Part shown: positions 56,195 through 64,000 of the stretch, in pieces
How positions within the stretch are numbered: the first letter of the stretch is position 1
Layout: each line of letters opens with the position of its first letter
Program-made: the position numbers and the translations under genes
Assembly: GCA_048013815.1 (NCBI GenBank)
Contig: CM106586.1
Location: forward strand, 3,162,001 to 3,226,000
Source of the DNA: Setoptus koraiensis
Taxonomy: Eukaryota; Animalia; Arthropoda
Direction: 5' to 3'
DNA length: 64,000 nt
Notes under the pieces: model-generated
Database searches by the model: none
What the model was told of the DNA's origin: nothing
The model's input: only the letters and a program-made list of their open reading frames with translations

Positions 56195-56640
56195 CCTGCT
56201 GATGAATGCAGAGTCCGCATTGCAGAGTGATCCGGGGAGCTCCCTCCTCCCGACCGGGAGTCCCGGTCGGGAGAGGGAATAAGTTCGGGCAGCAAAAGTT
56301 TCTTGCTCCCAACGTTGAACGTTCCATGAGCTACAGAGAGTGAAGCTACGATTGGGACAGGTCACGGGATTTAAACTGCTTCCGCGACTAGGGGCGTGCC
56401 TCTCAAGTTTGCATGCGCCTGATTGTGAGGCGTGACCCAGTAAGGGGCCACACTCAAGTCTCGCACCGCATTATGGTCTGACTTGAGGTAATCTGACCCT
56501 CATGCATTATTTCAGTGGATGTTCAAGAGATCCTACTAATGACTTGAGTGTGTCCGGGCTCTTTCGTCTGCATCCTCTTTGTCACCAGTGTTTAGATGTA
56601 CTTTTAACGCTGTAACTTGCATGTCACGGTCAGGTTTTTG
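56195..56640. ncRNA. Candidate structured non-coding RNA or non-autonomous element of unknown identity
   Basis: GC-rich island with an 18-bp hairpin (56241-56278), a 12-bp helix (56449-56460/56541-56552), a closing helix (56210-56217/56555-56562) and a T5 run at 56635-56639. No credible ORF. Confidence 0.3.
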
Positions 56641-57731
56641 AGATCGCCGGACCCCGGAGAAGAAATTGATAGTCAGTAATTTCATTGCTACCCTTAACTC
56701 TCAACTTGAGAGTCTCAAGGCCTTGAGTTCAACCACGGTGGCCGGTTGGAATGTGCAGCGACCATTTCATGAGTTGCACAAGATGGGCCGTTTTCTCCCA
56801 AATTGAGTACGTTTATGGCGAGAAGAGTGGACCTGGCAAACCTTGTGAGAACAACATTAGCTTTCTGACTATATGATCACCACTGATAAATATTGGATGA
56901 GGTGATAATTTATCGACGATAAGAAACAACCAAGAAAGGTGAGAACAAGCGGCAACAAGAAAATTCTAGTGTTACACTGTGAACCGCGCCGCCTATCTTT
57001 CCTTTCCCCTCTCGTCCTCGGCTCCACAGTGCACTTTCGCTGAACAGTGGCGACGCGCCGCCGCCCTGTGTAGGGAGATCGGCGCGGAGGGGGAAGACAT
57101 TTTACATGTGTTGAACGATAACAAAACGTGCTTAAAATTCAAGCGAGGTCGAGGAATGGCGCAAGATGAGACAATATTGAACGGAACTGTGAAGAAGGAT
57201 ATATACTAGCTAGCATAGTTAATAGAAGTGCTATATCTATATAGTCATTTATTCTATACATACATAGTTCAGGCTGTAATGTAACGACAATAGTTAAGAG
57301 ACGGGATAATCAACGAACACCACAGCTCCCAATAATAGTTTTGTGTATTTAATTCTAGCTCGAAGATCATGTTAATTGGACAGCATGTGATGACTTCCGC
57401 GTGATCGTCACACCGTATAACTACGATATTACCATTACTTGTACTATCTATCTACCTACTTAAGCCTAGATATTGTTAAATTATTCACTACTTAAAATCA
57501 ACAATAATTATATATATTATTATCATCGACACTATTACCCAGGATCAGAATGATCTCAAAATGATCTCAACCAATCAAGGCCTGCAATAGACAACATTGT
57601 ATCTCGAACCTAGGAGAGTTAAACAAATTATCTACCAGCTCATTGTGCTCACACACACATTCATTATCAGAATCTCTACAGCCTATCTTCCACAATTAGT
57701 GTAGACTGAAAAAAACAATAGTAATCACAGC

Positions 57732-59263
57732 ATGACATCAACAACAACTGTGTCCAGCAGCATGGCTCAATCAACCAATTATACCGGAAATATTACAGCC
57801 ACCTCAGTGACCCCGCACGCGCTTGACACCGGCTTAATGGCCACTCAAGCAACACTTACTACTTGGTCTATGGCGTGTGGATCGGTTCTCATAATTAGCT
57901 TGTGTGGTCTTGTGCCAATTGTTTGTATGCCAAGATTACAAAAAAGCCAATATCAAGTGAACATACTTCAATTTCTTATTGGACTTGCAATAGGCACCCT
58001 TACAGCTGACGCGCTTCTACACTTACTCCCTCATGTTCGTATCACCGTTTAACAATCATTCATCCACTGCGATCATTCATCTAAGATTCTTCATATAACT
58101 AACGTACTAACACTGCCTTCTTTCTCTACATTCTTTCTACCATTAGTCCTCTCATGGTTTATCAGATGACCACCATCATTCAGAAGGGAATCAAATGGAT
58201 AAGCATCACGAACACGATCATCATGATAATGATGGTTTTTTGGTGGGATTCATGGCACTAGTTGGTATTATCGGATTTTTGGCTCTAGAAAGAATATTGA
58301 TCATTGTCACGGACTTATTCACTAATATAAGACGTACTTCAAAAATCGACAACTGTAGTAGGTCAAATAAAATAATGAACAGAGCAGAATGTCGTAGTCA
58401 TGTTTCACATAGTCACGACGAGGAGGACGAACATCAATGCCACGAGAAAGAGAGGTTGCAGTCTCAGGATCACCCGAAAGAGGAAGAATCTGACCTTAAG
58501 CTACAATGTATAGAGACATCACAAACAAATCCTAAAGGCCTAACAAATCTGACCACTGTCGAGCAATGCCACAGGGAGACTATAGTTTACCAAGACCCAG
58601 AAAAGGGAATGATGGTTCAATTGACTGATCATCATCACCACCATCACCATCAGCATCCACATAACGCTAATGACAAATCATCTTTCATCTACATGATCAT
58701 AACTGGTGACGGCCTCCACAACTTCTTCGACGGACTCGCCATTGGTGTTGCTTTTGTCGGAAGTGCTGCTGGGGGTCTCAGCACATCAATTGCCATTCTC
58801 TGCCATGAACTGCCTCACGAGATCGGAGATTTTGCTGTATTAATCAAGTCTGGAATGTCGATCAAACGCGCTGTGTTGTATAATACATTGTCATCATTGT
58901 TATGTCTTGCTGGTGCCTCAATCGGAATCCTTTTAGGAAAAATAGATGTCGGTTGGATCAGTGCATTGATCGCTGGCATGTTTCTCTATATTGGTAAGTT
59001 GATCCAAAATCACTCACTCTTGAAAGAACAAAATTGCTTGACTATCCTGACTAAACAAGACATTTATTATTTTTTTCTTTAACATAGCGCTTGTCGATAT
59101 GGTTCCACAACTAGACTGTTGTCCATCTCAACCTGGCTCAACCAGAGCTAAGAAACTAACAATTCAGTTAGTTGGTATTGCGACAGGAGTGGCAATCATG
59201 GGATTCATTTCTATCTTTGAAAGTAAATTTCACTCACTTTTTACTGGAATAAACGAGAATTAA
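57732..59263 (+). CDS. LIV-1 subfamily ZIP zinc transporter (SLC39A6/10, foi-like), 3 exons
   Basis: Exons 57732-58034, 58147-58993, 59088-59263. Motifs GLAIGTLTADALLHLLPH, His-rich loops, GDGLHNFFDGLAIG, CHELPHEIGDFAVL, GMFLYIALVDMVP. Confidence 0.92.
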
Positions 59264-60289
59264 CACTTTGACGATACAAAATTAAAGATAACCAAAATTA
59301 TGAGTTGATAGCAATTGTTGTGATACTGTTTGCTGCTTCTTGTGAACGAGTGATAAGTTACTCTTTATGGAATTCATACGTACCCTCTCATCGTCACTCT
59401 TTTTCGCTGAGCCATTTGAGCTATCCTGTTGTCTCTCGGTTCCAAGTAGCAACTCTGATATGAAATGTCACATTAACACAAATCGTATGATTCGAATGAT
59501 ACATTCCCATAACCTTCCGCAACACCGTAAATGAAATCGCAAATTACTTTACCAGTATTCTGACGCCCATTCGTAACAACGAAAAATAGACAAACAAAAA
59601 AGAACCGGTCAATTAACTTGATTGGAGCTCTAATGCATAATCATATTTTTCGCAAATCTGAGAGCTCGACAAATCAGTTCTTTATTGGATTAGTATTCAT
59701 AAGTGTGAAAACTAATGCCCTGTTCTAAATAAAAGTTTACTAACGTTTGGTTTTCATTGAATTTGTCGAAAATTTAATTCGAGGTGAATACCTTGGTGCA
59801 GAATGTTACAGTAACTGTAAAACAGGCCCGCATTCCCTTCTCAGGATAGTGACATTCGAATGATGTCTGCTGAACCTTGACAATCTGTCAGGGCATAAAT
59901 TAGCTTGATATTTCCAGCCGTGCTCTAATAACTGGCGATTCAAGTACAAGTTCTCTAGCATGGAATTTATTTTACATACGAGGCCATTCATTGATTATTC
60001 AATAATCGATATCCTGGAGTGATGATTTGATTCTAATGAATCGACAATTTTCTTTACCTGTGGTGAGCCCACCTTTTAAATAGATTAGACAGGGCCTCAG
60101 ATCCAGTTATCACTTGCGAATAAAATTTGACTGTCATTCTACTGCTATGTTGTGCTGAGTCACTGTTTCACATCGAATGTTCTTTAAATGCTGAAAGTAT
60201 ATAAACTGTAGCTTATATTAACACTATCAACGATCAACTACAATCATAAATATCCAATCAGTTCACTACAATAATTACAACTAACAAAA

Positions 60290-61037
60290 ATGTCTACTCA
60301 AGCAAGTTTCGCAGTGGCTTTAATTATAAGCGTTGGTTTATCGATATGCGCCTCATCAAGCGTCCCGCAACAAAAGGTATTCACCTACCTTGATGAGATG
60401 CCTATCAAGGCAGAGAGTAAACTCGAGACGACCACAGAAAAAGATGAGGTTCCGGTCGATAGTGGTAAGATAAGTGAGGAAGAGCAAAAGTGTTGGGACA
60501 CAATTGATACATTGTCAAGTAAGTGAAAAAAAAGTTTCCTGTTTAGTTTGTCAATTCAATCGATCTCAATTATAACATATTTCTTACTTTATACAACAAA
60601 CAAACAAACAAACAAACAACAATTACCAACTGGTAGAAATGATATTCCAGAGACAAAAAGCTATTTTGGACGATTTAGAACAAGACTTAAACAAGTTGAA
60701 TGTAACCAGTGACTTCAAGTCGATGGTCAAGTCTACTACAGATCTATTGCGATCTAGCATGGATTTCGCTCTTGATGCTTTAGAGAAAGGAAGAGCTGAT
60801 GATTATTTCGATGCTCTGTTTGATACATCGGAATCGATTATTACATTGTCAACAATGTTGAAGAATCCAGAATTGGACGATGATGCTTTCTTTGTCCTAG
60901 TTAAGGCTATATCCCGCCTTGGACGAAACAACTCATCACTTGTACAAGAATTGACATCGGCATGCGCGAGTAGATTGCTTACAAGACCCAAAGAATTCAA
61001 ATTGAGACCCACTATTGATATACCGACGAGACCTTAG
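60290..61037 (+). CDS. Orphan secreted helical protein, about 209 aa, 2 exons
   Basis: Signal-peptide-like start (FAVALIISVGLSICASS). Exon 60290-60518 (gtaagt donor) joins exon 60637-61037 in frame; the intron contains (CAAA)n. Confidence 0.68.
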
Positions 61038-61319
61038 GAAGGAAGATTAAGTGTTCCACAAAAAATTGACCATTCACAAGACTCTTGACCGTCTGCAATT
61101 AACGATATCTGAAGAGTTAACCCTACTGTTGAACATAATGTTCTCATTCTATTACAACCTTTCTTCGATTAACATCTAGATCAAAATAAATAAGACATAA
61201 CGAGACGAGAATGTTAACTTTCCTGCTTTCGGAATATTATATATATGCGTAACAAACAATCACATATGGCCTATTTTGTCAAAGTACCAAGCTTAGTACA
61301 CAGCTTTAGGTCTTAAAAG

Positions 61320-63113
61320 TTAACAATCGTATGGCATAATTTTTAGTTCTATTTCACTCAATTCATTGCATGTTGCAGGTTCTTTCTTAATAACTTCTTG
61401 ATGAGGGAATTTCGACCCAGATGCAGTTAATTCTTCTACTCTCTGTCTCAAATGTGAATTTTCTCTCTGCAGCTCTTCGACTACTTTTTTGAGTCTCTCA
61501 AACTTTTGAGATACGTCATCCCTTTTAGCATCGTCGTCCGGATGGATTGTTTGAGCTGGGTTCAGAAAATGATCCAACTTTGTTGAATCTATCTTCATGC
61601 ACTGATTTCCTGAATCGGCCAAGTCCAAACAGTTTTCTAAAGAATGTTCACTCCCTATTTTAGACCCATAGAAAATCGAAGTTTCTGAATTTGCCAGTTG
61701 GCCATCTTGCTGATACGCCTCCATATCAGCAGGGCTATTGATACAATCTTCCGAATAATTGAAACTATGATATGCACTCAGAATAGGATGGTCATCATCC
61801 TCATCAAAGTCTAAATCGTTGACTTCGTCACCAATCAAGTCAAGTGGATTGAAGTCATCACTTACATTGAAATTGCTACTATCAATGTCATCGCTATTTG
61901 TTCCACTTGGTGGTGTGTGAAGATGTTGATTTATACTCAAGTCAGGGGCTGAAGTTGTAAAGGCGGATTTAAGCCATTCTGCTGTTTGCTTGTCAACAAG
62001 TGGGTTGGATATATCACCTATGTTTACTTTGCCTGGATTGCTAGTTGAAATGTTTGTGATCAATACACGGCGCCTATTACCGTCAAACCTTAGGCCATTA
62101 CCTATACTGAGAATATCGGAATTCGATTCTATGAGGGGCCTTATCATTTGAGAGTAAAAATTAGCCGAATTTGCATCGCTTGAGTTGGCAACGTGGGGCT
62201 TTGTGGGAGGATTATTGTTGATGGACTTTTTAGTGTTTGCATAACTAATGTTTCCTTTAGTCCCTCTATTTTTTCTACGCTGCTGTGCGCCGATAGACTC
62301 TATATAAGGGCGAGATTCTGATGAGTTCATCTGATTCAATCTTGCCGCTCTCTCTCTACCAAGATCATTTATATCAACATTGGACATGAAACGCTATTAG
62401 AAGCGGAAGTTATATAAAGACATCCAAAGAAAGAGAGAAAAAAAATGTTAGTGTCGATGATTAGCTGATAGTGTGATCTTTCCGAGAGAATTATATAAAA
62501 TGTAATGTTATCTCACCCTGAGCAAGTCCAGAATGTCATAATATTGTAGTTCCTCCGCTATTTCAACGGGTGTAATGAAGAACTTGCTCATAGCCTGAAC
62601 GTCCGCACCGTTATTCAATAATCTATCAACAATAGTCATGTGTCCTCTCTCAACTGCCCAATGAAGAGGAGTCATCTTGAGCATATCTCTCGCGTTGGCA
62701 TCCGCTCCATGGGATAACAGTAATTCAACCATTGCAAGATGACCCTCTTGAGCTGCAACATGTAGTGCTGTTCTGTCAAGTTTGGTTCTGGCATCCTTAC
62801 TAACCCCTGCCCTTAGTAAGATCTCAGCAGAGTCTGTGTGGCCATTTTGAGCAGCGAAGTGCAACGGAGAAGTACCCAGATAGTCGGTAGTGAAAGGTGC
62901 CCCAGATTGAGTTAGACTTCGAACATGCTCTGTAAGACCGTTACGGCTAGCGTCCAGAAGCTTCTTCCCTAAATCGACTAAATTGGCTGTCATGGAGCCA
63001 TTCGACGATGATTGTGCTGATGAGGAACTGCTGGACTTGTGTGATTTTGGTGGTGCTAATGTGGGCGTAGATGGTGTTGCTTCGAGAGTAATGGAATCAA
63101 ATAGATGCATCAT
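61320..63113 (-). CDS. GABPB: GA-binding protein beta-like (ankyrin repeats + C-terminal coiled coil; Atac3-like), at least 2 exons
   Basis: Exons 63113-62517 and 62393-61320. [13 protein letters not shown]....V..L...[21 protein letters not shown]...[22 protein letters not shown] matches the GABPbeta N-terminus; leucine-zipper-like [22 protein letters not shown]. An acceptor immediately before the ATG implies an upstream exon. Confidence 0.9.
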
Positions 63114-64000
63114 CTGTGAGAGAGTATCGATATTGTATTCAATGCTATGGATTGTTTTGTCTATTCTTTATGGCAAATATAGACTATTATTATTGCTATG
63201 ATAAGATAATAGTCTGGTCGCAATCCGATTTTCTCCTGTAAATACAAATTGTACTAATTATAATAGTAAGATGTATAAATTTAACTATTCAATTTATAAT
63301 AGTTAGCAAATGTAACATGATCGGTAGAGCACACGGTCTTTATGAATATATCTAGATAATCTCATAATAATAGTTATAATAATAAACTAGTAATAATAAT
63401 GATTTTTATTTTTGTAGGTATCGACCACATGGCGACATTACATGCCATGCATCATTGATGATTTTCATGTGAAGTACGTGTCATCAATCGTGGAGTTAGA
63501 GCAACAGATTGGGCTTGTGAGAGCGATAGACACAGACAGAGTGAGCGAGCGAATGATGGTTGCAGTGAGAGTGAGCGAGCAGCAAGATGCACACACACAC
63601 ACACAATACTCAACGTGCCAACGCGAAACAAGAAAGAAATATTGATATCTCTGACAATCTACTGTGTGAGTCTAGCAATATTTACTATTACGAAGTCGAC
63701 CCTCAAATGTGTGTGGTTTAATTTTGATATTTATACCTGCAAAATAGGTGCAAGGTATTGTAACAAGACCAACATCCAGATGTGTTCTGTGTGCAATATG
63801 CCGTATGTTTGTCAGTGTGTTTGTTTGTCTATGTGCGAGTGTGTGTGCGTGTGCATTATCCAAAATGCTGTTTCTCTCTATGACGGCTTCAACTGTATCT
63901 GTTTGCTGCATTACATGATGATCACTTTGAAAGCTCCTGAAAGGTTCATGCTGAAACAAGGTGAGCTCGGTTTTTGTCCCTTTCATTGGGGGCTCATCTG

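Noticed and set aside
56199-56225. Hammerhead ribozyme: CTGATGA followed by a stem-II-like hairpin ATGC-agagtcc-GCAT
   Set aside because: The obligatory GAAA after stem II is absent (TGCAG instead), and no stem III/NUH arrangement was found.
56370-56440. -1 frameshift slippery site TTTAAAC followed by a hairpin
   Set aside because: Neither the 0 frame nor the -1 frame gives a substantial ORF (the -1 frame stops after about 20 codons).
56470-56490. RNase P RNA CR-V-like string on the minus strand (ACCTCAAGTCAGACCA), and MRP-like AGAGTCC on the plus strand
   Set aside because: No matching CR-I/P4 partner with the bulged U at a plausible distance on the same strand.
56000-57000. Telomerase RNA
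   Set aside because: No template complementary to TTAGG repeats on either strand. It cannot be excluded if this lineage uses a different telomere repeat.
63442-63986. ORFs at the window end
   Set aside because: Contain microsatellite-like (CA/GT) tracts and no motifs; more likely UTR or intron of GABPB or of the next gene.

Overview
Eukaryotic, gene-dense, intron-poor DNA, most likely from a mite (Acari). The tropomyosins closely resemble mite group-10-type sequences, and the intron paucity suggests a reduced genome such as an eriophyoid; that assignment is inference. Conserved genes: the 3' part of midasin, a GRXCR-type glutaredoxin, a fatty acyl-CoA reductase (FAR), HDAC6, NDUFAF1/CIA30, tRNA-Thr(AGT), an inverted head-to-head pair of tropomyosins, ANKRA2/RFXANK, a tandem-BRCT protein, a truncated PHF10/SAYP-like gene, maelstrom, IVD, dynein light intermediate chain, a LIV-1 ZIP transporter and GABPB. 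The 11.9-34.4 kb region is accessory and rich in duplications. It holds a module (orphan type I membrane protein + FAR + non-coding block + orphan secreted protein) present as one full copy and one copy collapsed by deletions, a cluster of TE remnants and repeats (pogo/Tigger transposase, Helentron-like element, satellites), and two tandem membrane-anchored serine-protease homologues lacking the catalytic Ser. The most notable observations are patchwork homogenisation in the tropomyosin palindrome, an unexplained multi-hairpin non-coding island at about 56.2-56.7 kb, a convergent coding overlap between maelstrom and the mini-PHF10, and several domain-truncated conserved genes. No CRISPR or prokaryotic features were found. 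Exon coordinates and helices were derived by eye, with no database searches.
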